A DNA stretch of 64,000 nucleotides from Candidatus Woesebacteria bacterium RBG_16_42_24 (GCA_001792115.1 MGFX01000001.1:122694-186693); one strand, 5' to 3'. Shown: positions 45,287 through 54,272, counted from the first letter of the stretch. The notes: generated from the letters alone by a model not told the origin. Program-made: numbers and translations.

Positions 45287-48023
45287 ACTATCTTTTCCTA
45301 CTCTCCCTATTGCGAACCCTTTCAAGGTACCTGATACTCCGATTATTGCCACCTCCCAGGACTTACTACCAATAGCAGACATTGACCAAGATGTTGTGGT
45401 TTACAAAGAAGGTGGCGCGGCATTGGTGGTTGAGACTACTTCTTTAAATTTTGGACTTCTTTCGGAGAAGGAGCAGTATGCCGTAATTGCGGCATATGCG
45501 GCACTCCTTAACTCCCTTTCTTTCCCAATTCAAATTCTGATCCGCTCCCAGAGAAAAGATATTAGCCACTATATGGAATATCTCGCTCAGGCAGCCAGGA
45601 AGGGTATGGATCCCAAACTTGCCAAGATAATGGAGGGGTATAAACTCTTCATCGTTGACGCCGTAAAAAAGAAAAATGTTCTGGGTAAAAAATTCTATAT
45701 AATAATCCCCTTTAGTCCTCTTGAGTTGGGTTTGGCTAAATCCATAAGCTCCCTTACCAGGTCCTCCGGCCCCCTTCCTTATCCCAAAGCATATGTAATT
45801 AAGAAGGCGAAAGACATCCTTTATCCCAGGCGCGACCACTTAATCAGACAGGGGGGGAGGCTGGGAATTAAACTAAGGCAACTTAGCACAAAGGAGCTTG
45901 TTGAGCTCTACTACAACATATTTAATCCCCCACCACCGGCTACTAAAAAGATGGAGGAATTTGCCCCGCGCGAGAGCGGTGGTTTGCCAGATTTTCTAAA
46001 AGCCGGCGCGGGTCTTCTTGGAGGCCATAAACCCCCTACCCAATCCCCACCCGAAGCACCAGTCCCGAGCGGACTTGGAGGATCACCGATCCCGAGTGGA
46101 AATGGAGGACCAACGGCCCCGAGCGGACTTGTCCTGAGTAAAATCGAAGGAGTCGAGGGACCAACGGCCCCGAGCAGAGTCGAGGGGCAGATTGGCCCAT
46201 GGGGTGAAAAGCCGAAGGTATTTTCTCCAACAATTTCTCTTGCCCAGAAAAATATGGGCCTTTTGGATGTCATTGCTCCTCAATCAATTGAGATTGATTT
46301 TGACTTTATTAAATTAAACGGCGTCTATATCCGCACTCTCTATACAGCCATTAGACGCAGGTACGCTTCCCCCGGGTGGATTGAGCAAATTATCAATTTT
46401 GATAGTTCTTTGGACATTTCATTTCATATCTATCCAGTCGAGGGTAAAAGCGTACTTGACGACCTCAGACGCAAAATTGCCGAAATGGAGGCGGAAATGG
46501 AAACGGACATTGAAAGAGGCAAAATTGTCAATCCGGTTACTCAGGCTCAGCTGGAGGATGCATTGGCTCTCCAGGAACAATTGGTTAAGGGAATTGAGCG
46601 GTTTTTTGACTTCTCCTTCTATATCAGTATTCCGGCGTCGGACTTAGAGGAGCTTAACCATCTAACTTCCCAAGTAAAATCGACCCTTCGTTCGCTACAG
46701 ATCGAGGGAATTCCGGGCGCCCTTGATTGTGCCGACGCTTTTATCTCAGCCGGGCCATTCGGGTTGGACAAGATGGCCGTAACCAGAAACATGGATACAA
46801 CCAGCCTGGCAACGACTTTCCCGCTAACGAGTGCGGAGTTATCTTCCGACAAAGGAGTACTTTACGGAATAAATTCACAAAACGAGTCTTTCATTATTTT
46901 TGATAGATTCTCCTTGGAAAACTCCAACATGACAATATTTGCCACATCAGGAGCCGGAAAAAGTTATTTTGTAAAGCTCGAGGCCTTAAGAACCTTAATG
47001 CTAGGAGCTGAGATTATCGTCATTGACCCGGAAAGTGAGTATAAGACTTTGGCCGAGGCCGTCGGAGGAGAATTTATTTCCTTCTCCTTCTCCTCCCCTT
47101 CAAAAATTAACCCATTTGATTTGTCAGCTGTATATGAAGAGGGTGAGAACTCGTTGGGACTTAAGATTCTGTCCCTCCACTCTCTTTTTAAGGTCATTAT
47201 GGGGGCACTCACCCCAACCCAGGAGGCGCTTTTGGATCGGGCCCTAATCATGGCCTATCGCGGAAAAGGAATTACCCAAGACCCAGCCACCCAAAAGAAA
47301 GAGCCCCCCCTAATGGAGGACCTTTATAAATCACTCGTGGGGATGGAAACGCCGGATGCGATGGACTTGGCCGCCAGAATCGAAAAGTTTGTAAAGGGAA
47401 GCTTTGTGGGAATATTTGACCAGCAGACAAATATCGATATTAAAAACTCCTTTACTGTGTTCTCCGTCAAGGACCTTGAGGAAAGCCTTCGGCCTATTGC
47501 TATGTTTATTATTCTTGATTTTATTTGGACCAGGGTTAAAAGGGACCTTAAAAAGAGGGTTTTAATAGTGGATGAGGCCTGGCACATGATGCGCTACCCC
47601 GACTCTGCCCAATTTTTGTGGTCTGTGGTTAAAAGGGCTAGAAAATACTTTCTAGGTTTGACCACCATTACGCAGGACGTGGAGGATTTTTTGGCCCAGG
47701 ATATCGGAAAAGCCATTGTTACAAACTCCGCCCTCCGCGTACTTCTCAAACAGTCCCCGGCCGCAATTGACAATATCGGCCAAGTATTTTACTTGTCTGA
47801 GGGAGAAAAACAGTTGCTTCTTGCCGCAAATATCGGAGAGGGGATCTTTTTCGCCGGTGCTCACCACGCTCCCATTAGGGTTGTAGCCTCGCCCGAAGAG
47901 CACGGCCTAATAACCACCAAGCCGCAAGAGCTTTTGCAAAAAGAGGCGGCGTCTGCCCAAGTCGCCCCTTCTGAAGCCGCATCTATCGCCCAAGCAACTG
48001 TCCAGGGGCTAGGAAACCTTTAA
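45279..48023 (+). CDS. VirB4/TrbE/PrgJ-family type IV secretion ATPase
   Basis: 914 aa; Walker A TIFATSGAGKSYFVK, Walker B VLIVDEAWHMM, CagE/TrbE/VirB4 C-terminal region; Pro/Gly-rich insertion (aa ~230-300). Confidence 0.8.
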   Translation: MPKLSFPTLPIANPFKVPDTPIIATSQDLLPIADIDQDVVVYKEGGAALVVETTSLNFGLLSEKEQYAVIAAYAALLNSLSFPIQILIRSQRKDISHYMEYLAQAARKGMDPKLAKIMEGYKLFIVDAVKKKNVLGKKFYIIIPFSPLELGLAKSISSLTRSSGPLPYPKAYVIKKAKDILYPRRDHLIRQGGRLGIKLRQLSTKELVELYYNIFNPPPPATKKMEEFAPRESGGLPDFLKAGAGLLGGHKPPTQSPPEAPVPSGLGGSPIPSGNGGPTAPSGLVLSKIEGVEGPTAPSRVEGQIGPWGEKPKVFSPTISLAQKNMGLLDVIAPQSIEIDFDFIKLNGVYIRTLYTAIRRRYASPGWIEQIINFDSSLDISFHIYPVEGKSVLDDLRRKIAEMEAEMETDIERGKIVNPVTQAQLEDALALQEQLVKGIERFFDFSFYISIPASDLEELNHLTSQVKSTLRSLQIEGIPGALDCADAFISAGPFGLDKMAVTRNMDTTSLATTFPLTSAELSSDKGVLYGINSQNESFIIFDRFSLENSNMTIFATSGAGKSYFVKLEALRTLMLGAEIIVIDPESEYKTLAEAVGGEFISFSFSSPSKINPFDLSAVYEEGENSLGLKILSLHSLFKVIMGALTPTQEALLDRALIMAYRGKGITQDPATQKKEPPLMEDLYKSLVGMETPDAMDLAARIEKFVKGSFVGIFDQQTNIDIKNSFTVFSVKDLEESLRPIAMFIILDFIWTRVKRDLKKRVLIVDEAWHMMRYPDSAQFLWSVVKRARKYFLGLTTITQDVEDFLAQDIGKAIVTNSALRVLLKQSPAAIDNIGQVFYLSEGEKQLLLAANIGEGIFFAGAHHAPIRVVASPEEHGLITTKPQELLQKEAASAQVAPSEAASIAQATVQGLGNL

Positions 48024-48027
48024 TTAA

Positions 48028-49836
48028 ATGGCAAAAGAAGTCTCTTTAAAAATAACCTACTCACAAGCTCCGGGGGTAAGAAAGCCTACAGTCGAAAAAC
48101 TTCATCAAGATATCAAAGAGGCGGGCTACGGCTTTTTCCAAAAAAACCCAGAATATGGGCCTTCTTTTTTACTCTTTTCCTCGGGTGTAAAAAGTAACCA
48201 ATTAGCAGGTGAGATAAAAAAAGCTCCCGAGAAGGGGCTTGATATTGAAAGCATTTCTCTTCTTGAAGACGTCAACTTAAAATTAAAAACTTTTGAGCAA
48301 GAAAACCCTGAGCTTTTTCGAGACCTGAGCGAAACTTACTACGAAGGCGTTTCTCAAATTGAAATCACCGAGGAGGTCGGGGGTCCAGGACAATATATCT
48401 CTCTTAAGCCTTCCGCTGACAACACATATTATGAATTTTCCCCGGGGCCATCCTTAGACCAAGCAGGAATCGATATTGGCCCCGCCAGAGAGGCCGCCTC
48501 CTTCGCCCTTAACAAAATTGCTGAACCGGTCAAAAAGAAAATTGTCGAAGCCGGAGTGAAAGTCGCTACAAAGGCCGTCACAAAAGCCGCTGTTGGGACC
48601 GCCACAAAAGTAGGGGTACAGGCTGCGGCTCAAGCCGTCGGTTCAACCGTTCCGATAATAGGAAATATCATCGCTTTTATTACCACAACTGTTATAGCTG
48701 GCATTATCGACCGGGCTTTAATCGCAGCCAAAAAAAGGGCAAGGGACGTTGAGGACGCCGTAGGGGGGGCTATTATAGCCTCCTTGCAGTTTTTGGGTCT
48801 TCTGGGGGGAATCCTTTCGGCAACTTTTTCAACAATTCTTGGAATGGTCATCGTCATAATCATCTCCATACCGTTCACCATCGCCTATATACTCTTCATC
48901 ATTAACTCCGGCGCCTACCTTGTACCACCCTCACAAATTTTAGCTCCTGGTGAAAATCCCTATATAGAGATAACAAAAGTGGCTAGCGAAACGGAATTCG
49001 AAAATTCAGATTTACCAATTAGCGTCACTTATACAATTACCGTCACTCCTTTAAGGGGGTCTTTAACAAACATCTCTATTTCCCACGTATGCGAAATCTT
49101 AAGCCGCAGGCCTACCGACGATTGTCCCGCCCCTACTGATCCAGCACCAGTTTTGATATCACCAGCGACTCCTTATGTATATACGTATACGGTAACTTAC
49201 ACTCAGGCGGATGCTGATTATCGCGATTCCTTGGTCCTCAATACTTTTTCTGTTACCGCAGACACCGACGAAGTTTCCCAAACTACAGCAACGGGGGCGG
49301 CCTCGGTCATTATCGGAAATCCTCCCACGGAGTGTTATACTTTTGATGGTAGCTGGGACGCCAGTTCTCAAGCACAAGGTTACAAAAACACGCTACTAGG
49401 TGCCATTACCACCCTCACTTCTAACTATACTCCTTTTGCCCAAAAGGTCTGTACAGGCGGACAGCTAGTACGGCTTGAATACACACAAAACTTAGGTTGT
49501 CCTGGCGCCTGGGCTTGTGCCTTCAGAAGCAGTGTAATAAGATTTAATGGAGGCGGACTGAATAATCCCAATAGTGCCTTGTATATTTTGACTCACGAAT
49601 CCGGTCATATTGTTAACTACAGACTGGACTCCCTTTACCAACAATATGAAGATTGGCCGGGGGTAGATCAGGAAAGACCGTCTATCTGTTCCTATGCTCC
49701 AGCAAGAACGGAGGCTGCGGAGGCGTTTGCCGAATCGGCTGCATTATATGTAGCGTCGACCCGCTGCACAACCCCGTCTACCTACCCCTCTCTTTACCCT
49801 GCACATTACTCATTTGCTGACCAAGTATTATTCTAG
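48028..49836 (+). CDS. membrane protein with C-terminal HExxH zinc-metallopeptidase-like domain (candidate T4SS cell-wall-remodelling component, PrgK/VirB1 functional analog)
   Basis: 602 aa; central TM bundle (aa ~180-300), C-terminal ...ALYILTHESGHIVNYRL...E... (HExxH + downstream Glu); position after VirB4. Confidence 0.4.
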   Translation: MAKEVSLKITYSQAPGVRKPTVEKLHQDIKEAGYGFFQKNPEYGPSFLLFSSGVKSNQLAGEIKKAPEKGLDIESISLLEDVNLKLKTFEQENPELFRDLSETYYEGVSQIEITEEVGGPGQYISLKPSADNTYYEFSPGPSLDQAGIDIGPAREAASFALNKIAEPVKKKIVEAGVKVATKAVTKAAVGTATKVGVQAAAQAVGSTVPIIGNIIAFITTTVIAGIIDRALIAAKKRARDVEDAVGGAIIASLQFLGLLGGILSATFSTILGMVIVIIISIPFTIAYILFIINSGAYLVPPSQILAPGENPYIEITKVASETEFENSDLPISVTYTITVTPLRGSLTNISISHVCEILSRRPTDDCPAPTDPAPVLISPATPYVYTYTVTYTQADADYRDSLVLNTFSVTADTDEVSQTTATGAASVIIGNPPTECYTFDGSWDASSQAQGYKNTLLGAITTLTSNYTPFAQKVCTGGQLVRLEYTQNLGCPGAWACAFRSSVIRFNGGGLNNPNSALYILTHESGHIVNYRLDSLYQQYEDWPGVDQERPSICSYAPARTEAAEAFAESAALYVASTRCTTPSTYPSLYPAHYSFADQVLF

Positions 49837-49855
49837 ATAAGATTGTAGGAGGTAA

Positions 49856-50428
49856 ATGAAAATCATAGAATTTATTAAAAAAAGAAAACTAATCCTGATT
49901 CTTGTTCTGGTTCTTACCGCATGGATAGCAAATTCTATTCTTTCAAGAATCCCTGAGCGGCCCCAGGGTCCGGGGGAGCCCGGTGTTAGCTACAGGAATC
50001 TAGTTCCCGGGGTAAGTAGCCGATCTGATGTTATCGAAAAAATGGGAAACCCTGTCGATCAAGCCGCCAAAGGAGAAGAAATTTTACTTAGTTTTAAGTC
50101 TACAAGTCCTACAAGAACCCATGAAGCGATAGTAGACAGCGGCAACACTCTTTCTTTCATAAAGGAGATTGTCTCTGTAAATGACGATAAACATATCGCT
50201 GATATCACCTCCCAACATGGAGAAGCCCCCCATACCCTTTACGGGCCGCACTCTATCAATGGTTTTGATCTGTTCGTCTATCCCGATAAGGGCCTTGCCT
50301 ATATCGGTAATCCTTATGGCACCCAAGGAACTATTCTGGAAATCTGGTATTTCCCACCAACGACAATTGAAAATTTTAAGTCGACTTGGGCACCGGGCTA
50401 TTCGAATACTTATCAACCGTCTCAATAA
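49856..50428 (+). CDS. membrane-anchored secreted hypothetical protein
   Basis: 190 aa; N-terminal TM; last gene of the + strand block. Confidence 0.35.
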   Translation: MKIIEFIKKRKLILILVLVLTAWIANSILSRIPERPQGPGEPGVSYRNLVPGVSSRSDVIEKMGNPVDQAAKGEEILLSFKSTSPTRTHEAIVDSGNTLSFIKEIVSVNDDKHIADITSQHGEAPHTLYGPHSINGFDLFVYPDKGLAYIGNPYGTQGTILEIWYFPPTTIENFKSTWAPGYSNTYQPSQ

Positions 50429-50432
50429 ATCT

Positions 50433-51545
50433 CTAAACCTGAACCCTTACGGGCATTATAAGATGAAGAAAATTGACGTCGGAGGGATCGGTAAAAACTC
50501 CGGGAGCATTCTCGTTGGAAAGCCCTATGTTAACATCACCACCGCTTACGGCGTGCAAGAATTCCTCTAAAAATCTATAGTTAAAAGAAATTTCAAACCC
50601 GCCCGTCGGTAACCCTTCAACTTTTGCCTCAACCTGACTTTCTTGCCTCCCCGCCATCTGGCTTTCAGCGGCAATTACTACTCCGTCCTTTTTAAGTGAA
50701 AACCTAACTATGTTGGCTGAATCCCTGGCAAAAACCGAGGCAAGCTTTACGGCTCTTAAAAGATCATCTTTATCAAGTGATACCTTGATATTTGTCTCTT
50801 TTGGAATTATTTTTTCGAACTCCGGAAAATCACCTTCTAAAATCCGCGTTGATAAAATCGTATCCCCTACTCCAAAAACCACCTGATTATCTTCTTCTCT
50901 GAAAGATAGTTTTAAATCTTGCTCCTCAATCCCTATTCTTGCAAGCTCCGACAAGGCGCTTTTAGGAAGTATTACTTTTTTTTCTTGATGAAAGCCTGCG
51001 TCTTGTAATTTTTTTTGAGAAAGCCTAAAACCATCAGTCGCCACAAGTGAGAGCCCCCCTTTTTTAAATAGAAAGAGAACTCCTGTCAAAATCGGTCGGG
51101 TTTCGTCAGTTGAGGCGGCAAAGACAACTTGAGAAAGAGCCTGTAAAAGCGCTTCTTTCGGGAAGGAATATGAAGTCTTGCCCAAAGATTGAGGGACTTC
51201 GGGAAAGTCTACTGCATTCATTCCGGAAACACTCGAGTTAGTGTTGGATGATGAAATTTCCAAAATTTCTTTTTCAGAATTGAGCATTATTGCACCGGGG
51301 GTAAAATTTACTACAAGTTCGCTAATTACTCGCGACGGGATAGTAATTTCTCCTTCGCTAGATACTTTTGCTCCAATAGAAATGGCCACAGAAACTTCGA
51401 GATTAGTCGAGCAGACTAGGAGTTTGTTTTTCTTGGCCGAGAGGTAGATATTTCCGAGAACAGGCAGTTGAGCCCGAGAACTTGCAAAGCGTGAAGCGGT
51501 TGAAAGTGCTCTTGAAAAATTTTCCTGAAGAACTTCTAATTTCAT
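50433..51545 (-). CDS. dnaN: DNA polymerase III beta sliding clamp
   Basis: 370 aa; three-domain clamp pattern, MKLEVLQENFSRAL N-terminus; downstream of dnaA. Confidence 0.85.
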   Translation of the reverse strand: MKLEVLQENFSRALSTASRFASSRAQLPVLGNIYLSAKKNKLLVCSTNLEVSVAISIGAKVSSEGEITIPSRVISELVVNFTPGAIMLNSEKEILEISSSNTNSSVSGMNAVDFPEVPQSLGKTSYSFPKEALLQALSQVVFAASTDETRPILTGVLFLFKKGGLSLVATDGFRLSQKKLQDAGFHQEKKVILPKSALSELARIGIEEQDLKLSFREEDNQVVFGVGDTILSTRILEGDFPEFEKIIPKETNIKVSLDKDDLLRAVKLASVFARDSANIVRFSLKKDGVVIAAESQMAGRQESQVEAKVEGLPTGGFEISFNYRFLEEFLHAVSGGDVNIGLSNENAPGVFTDPSDVNFLHLIMPVRVQV

Positions 51546-51744
51546 AAAAATAAGCTTTACCCTTTTATCATATATTAACTAGTAGTTCTAGTAGTAGGGG
51601 CGGTGGATATGTTGAAAACTAGCCCCCTTTTGGAACAGTCTTCGGTAGAAATTCGTGTGTACATTGAGCTAGTCGAAATGTTGATATATTTGTGGATAAA
51701 AGTAAGGCCAGTGTTGATAAGTTGATAAGCGGGCGGAGACTTCC
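51546..51744. promoter_or_regulatory. putative oriC segment (dnaA-dnaN intergenic) with DnaA boxes
   Basis: AT-rich 199 bp; perfect DnaA box TGTGGATAA (51691-51699, = TTATCCACA rc), near-boxes GGTGGATAT, GTTGATAAGTTGATAAG. Confidence 0.55.
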
Positions 51745-53130
51745 TCAAAGGCTATTTTTTATCCCCAATAAATCCTCACGAATTTGCACATCCTCGCTGG
51801 CCAAATGTGTGATTTTTTCAACAGCGTGCATAACGGTTGTGTGATCACGCCCTCCGACCAGGCGTCCAACCTCGGTGAGAGGGAGCCCGAGCTCTCTTCT
51901 TAGAAGATACATAAGTATTTGTCGTGGTCTGGCGATGGGGCGGACCCGCGACTCACCCAGCAAATATTTTTTACCCACAGAGAAGTGTTTAGCAACCGCC
52001 GAAATGACATCCAAGGGTTTTGCCCTTATTTTCAGGGCTATCGACTCCGCCCCTTTACCAATTAGGGAATTTACAAGATCTTCGGAAATTTCTGTTTTTC
52101 TAAGGCGCGCTTGACTTGCGAGTTTGACCAAAAACCCTTCAATAGGCCTGGCAGCGTCAATGTTTGCTGCGATAACTTGTACCAGATCCATGGGAAGCTC
52201 AATGCCCCTCTCTTTAGATTTAATTTGGGTAATAGCACAGCGCAGTTCAAAGTCGGGAGGCGCAATGTCTACAATTAGACCTGCCTCAAAGCGGCTTTTT
52301 AAGCGTTCCTCGAGTTTTGAAATATCTGACGGGGGCTTATCCGAAGTCATAATTACTTGTCCACCGGCGTTAGTTAAGGCGTTAAAAGTGTGGAAGAATT
52401 CTTCTTGGACCGCGTCTTTCCCTGCGATGAATTGAATGTCGTCTATAAGAAGCGCTTTAAGTCTTCTATATTTGTCGCGAAACGCTGTCGTTGTTTTGTT
52501 TCTGATTCCTTCGACGATGCCATTTGTAAATTCTTCCCCAGAAACAAAGAGAATTTTTGCCAAAGGATTCTCTGCAAGGAGGCAGTATCCGATTGCGAGC
52601 ATTAAATGTGTTTTGCCGACCCCTACTCCACCCCAAATAAAAAGCGGGTTATAAGCACTTCCAGGTGTATTTGAAACGGCTTCAGCCGCCGCGTGGGCCA
52701 TTTGATTAGATGAGGAGACGGCGAAATTCTCAAATGTAAAACCTGGCCTGATATGTGTTCGCAAGAAGGCCTCATTAATTTCCTCTTTGTCGTCTTTCTG
52801 AAAAAGTGGGGTGTCGAGGGTGTGCTCAAAAGTCTTTTTATCAGGGTTTTGCCTAACTACAAACGTTAAGTCGCAGGAGGCTTCTAAGGATTTGACAAGT
52901 GAATCTTGGAGCATTCCAAAATAACGACTTTCAATTGTTGTTTTTATAAAGGGGGAAGCGCAGCCGACCTCTATGACAAACCTAGTTCCCTGTTTCTCGA
53001 TTTTTGCAAGGAATGTCTGCGAGAACCACGTTGAGAAAATTGCGGGGGAAACTGAAACTTTAATACTTTCGAGTGTATCGCGCCAGAGTTTTTTAGTATC
53101 AAGCATGATAGTAGATAGTGCAGAGTACAT
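51745..53130 (-). CDS. dnaA: chromosomal replication initiator DnaA
   Basis: 461 aa; AAA+ Walker A GGVGVGKTHL, Walker B LLIDDIQF, C-terminal DNA-binding helix-turn-helix. Confidence 0.9.
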   Translation of the reverse strand: MYSALSTIMLDTKKLWRDTLESIKVSVSPAIFSTWFSQTFLAKIEKQGTRFVIEVGCASPFIKTTIESRYFGMLQDSLVKSLEASCDLTFVVRQNPDKKTFEHTLDTPLFQKDDKEEINEAFLRTHIRPGFTFENFAVSSSNQMAHAAAEAVSNTPGSAYNPLFIWGGVGVGKTHLMLAIGYCLLAENPLAKILFVSGEEFTNGIVEGIRNKTTTAFRDKYRRLKALLIDDIQFIAGKDAVQEEFFHTFNALTNAGGQVIMTSDKPPSDISKLEERLKSRFEAGLIVDIAPPDFELRCAITQIKSKERGIELPMDLVQVIAANIDAARPIEGFLVKLASQARLRKTEISEDLVNSLIGKGAESIALKIRAKPLDVISAVAKHFSVGKKYLLGESRVRPIARPRQILMYLLRRELGLPLTEVGRLVGGRDHTTVMHAVEKITHLASEDVQIREDLLGIKNSL

Positions 53131-53132
53131 AG

Positions 53133-53210
53133 TGCATAGAAGGATTTTTAGTAGGACAGGGGTTAATGTTTTTTACTTTGCACTATGCACTAATGACTAT
53201 GTACTATTTA
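53133..53210. repeat. AGTGCATAGTACATAG-family palindrome in dnaA-rpmH intergenic region
   Basis: GTAGATAGTGCAGAGTACATAGTGCATAG ... CTTTGCACTATGCACTAATGACTATGTACTAT inverted arms; followed by perfect DnaA box TTATCCACA at 53216-53224. Confidence 0.6.
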
Positions 53211-53248
53211 TTGAGTTATCCACAATTAGTCAACCCCCAAAATACACG

Positions 53249-53356
53249 AAATTCCAAATTCTAATTTCAAAATTCCAGTTAATTATCAAAATTCAAATTT
53301 GACAATTCGAAACTTTGCAACAAATTTGGAAACTGGAAACTGGAAATTGGAAACTA
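53249..53356. repeat. heptamer-iteron palindromic element upstream of rpmH
   Basis: AATTCCAAATTCTAATTTCAAAATTCCAGTTAATTATCAAAATTCAAATTTGACAATTCGAAACTTTGCAACAAATTTGGAAACTGGAAACTGGAAATTGGAAAC. Confidence 0.7.
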
Positions 53357-53368
53357 TATAATATCAAA

Positions 53369-53509
53369 GTGCCTAAAAGAACTTTTCAACCAAATAAGGC
53401 AAAGAGAGCCAAAACCCATGGTTTTAGAAATAGAATGGCCTCTCGTTCTGGCCGCGAAGTACTTGCTAGAAGAAGACAAAGGGGTCGGAAACTTCTTACC
53501 CCAAGCTGA
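53369..53509 (+). CDS. rpmH: 50S ribosomal protein L34
   Basis: GTG start gives (M)[45 protein letters not shown]; ORF-track N-terminal extension ([14 protein letters not shown]) is read-through of the heptamer repeat from a TTG. Confidence 0.8.
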   Translation: MPKRTFQPNKAKRAKTHGFRNRMASRSGREVLARRRQRGRKLLTPS

Positions 53510-53618
53510 AATTCTCCGTGGGTTTAAAACCCACGGTTTTTCACCTAAGTGAGAATTACATACGGGTTCAATTCATCCGTAAACTAAAGTTTACGGTTTT
53601 CTTGAATCCTTTAATAAA

Positions 53619-53948
53619 ATGCTTGCCAGAAAGTTCATCCTCACAGGGGAGACAGAATTCGCTAGAGTAAAGCAAGAAGGCAGAGTTATTCAGTCGGAAA
53701 GTTTTGGCACATCTTTTATTAAAAAAGAGGGTTTGTCGAAATTTGGATTTATAGTTTCGAATAAAATTAGTAATTCTGCGGTTGCCCGTAATAGAATAAA
53801 AAGGGCACTGAAGGAAGCGGTGAGACAAACGATTGATGAAAAGGGGAGGGGGCTTGCGGTGGTTTTCTTTGCAAAACCACAAGCATTGAGGCGATCAAAC
53901 GAAGAAATAGCCAATGAAGTAAAAAGGGTTCTAGCCAAAATTATCTAA
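53619..53948 (+). CDS. rnpA: ribonuclease P protein component
   Basis: 109 aa; basic, RNR motif region ([19 protein letters not shown]); rpmH-rnpA synteny. Confidence 0.8.
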   Translation: MLARKFILTGETEFARVKQEGRVIQSESFGTSFIKKEGLSKFGFIVSNKISNSAVARNRIKRALKEAVRQTIDEKGRGLAVVFFAKPQALRRSNEEIANEVKRVLAKII

Positions 53949-53949
53949 A

Positions 53950-54174
53950 ATGGAAAAATCAGCAACATCTTTAATTTCTTTTTACAAAAAGGTTATCTCC
54001 CCTATTTTGGTGATTAATTTTGGCCACGCCTGTAGATATACACCAACCTGTAGTGAGTATTCCAAAGAAGCAATTAAGAGGTTCGGACTGGTCAAAGGGA
54101 TAACCCTTTCTTTAAAGAGAATTTCAAGGTGCAACCCATTTGGCAGATTTGGATACGACCCAGTACCTAGTTAA
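53950..54174 (+). CDS. yidD: membrane protein insertion efficiency factor YidD
   Basis: 74 aa; [10 protein letters not shown].....CR..PTCSEY...AI...G..KG..L...RI.RC.P canonical YidD. Confidence 0.8.
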   Translation: MEKSATSLISFYKKVISPILVINFGHACRYTPTCSEYSKEAIKRFGLVKGITLSLKRISRCNPFGRFGYDPVPS

Positions 54175-54265
54175 AAATTCCAAATGCCAAATTCCAATTT
54201 CCAAATAATTATCAAATTAGCAAATTCGAATTTAACTGGAAACTGGAGACTGGAAACTGGAAATT
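54173..54265. repeat. heptamer-iteron palindromic element upstream of yidC
   Basis: TTCCAAATGCCAAATTCCAATTTCCAAATAATTATCAAATTAGCAAATTCGAATTTAACTGGAAACTGGAGACTGGAAACTGGAAATT. Confidence 0.7.
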
Positions 54266-54272
54266 ACCGAGT

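Noticed and set aside
53315-53509. ORF-track protein starting [18 protein letters not shown]... (also 33078..33281 with WKLEIGDWKL and the N-terminus of 28508..28762)
   Set aside because: These peptides are translations of the heptamer repeat (GGAAACTGGAAATTGGAAA) from TTG starts. For 53315, the real gene is rpmH starting at GTG 53369. The other two sit on a repeat arm with no independent support.
28733-54265. CRISPR array
   Set aside because: The short tandem repeats present are 7-nt iterons in inverted arms, not 24-48-nt direct repeats with unique spacers, and no cas genes are present.
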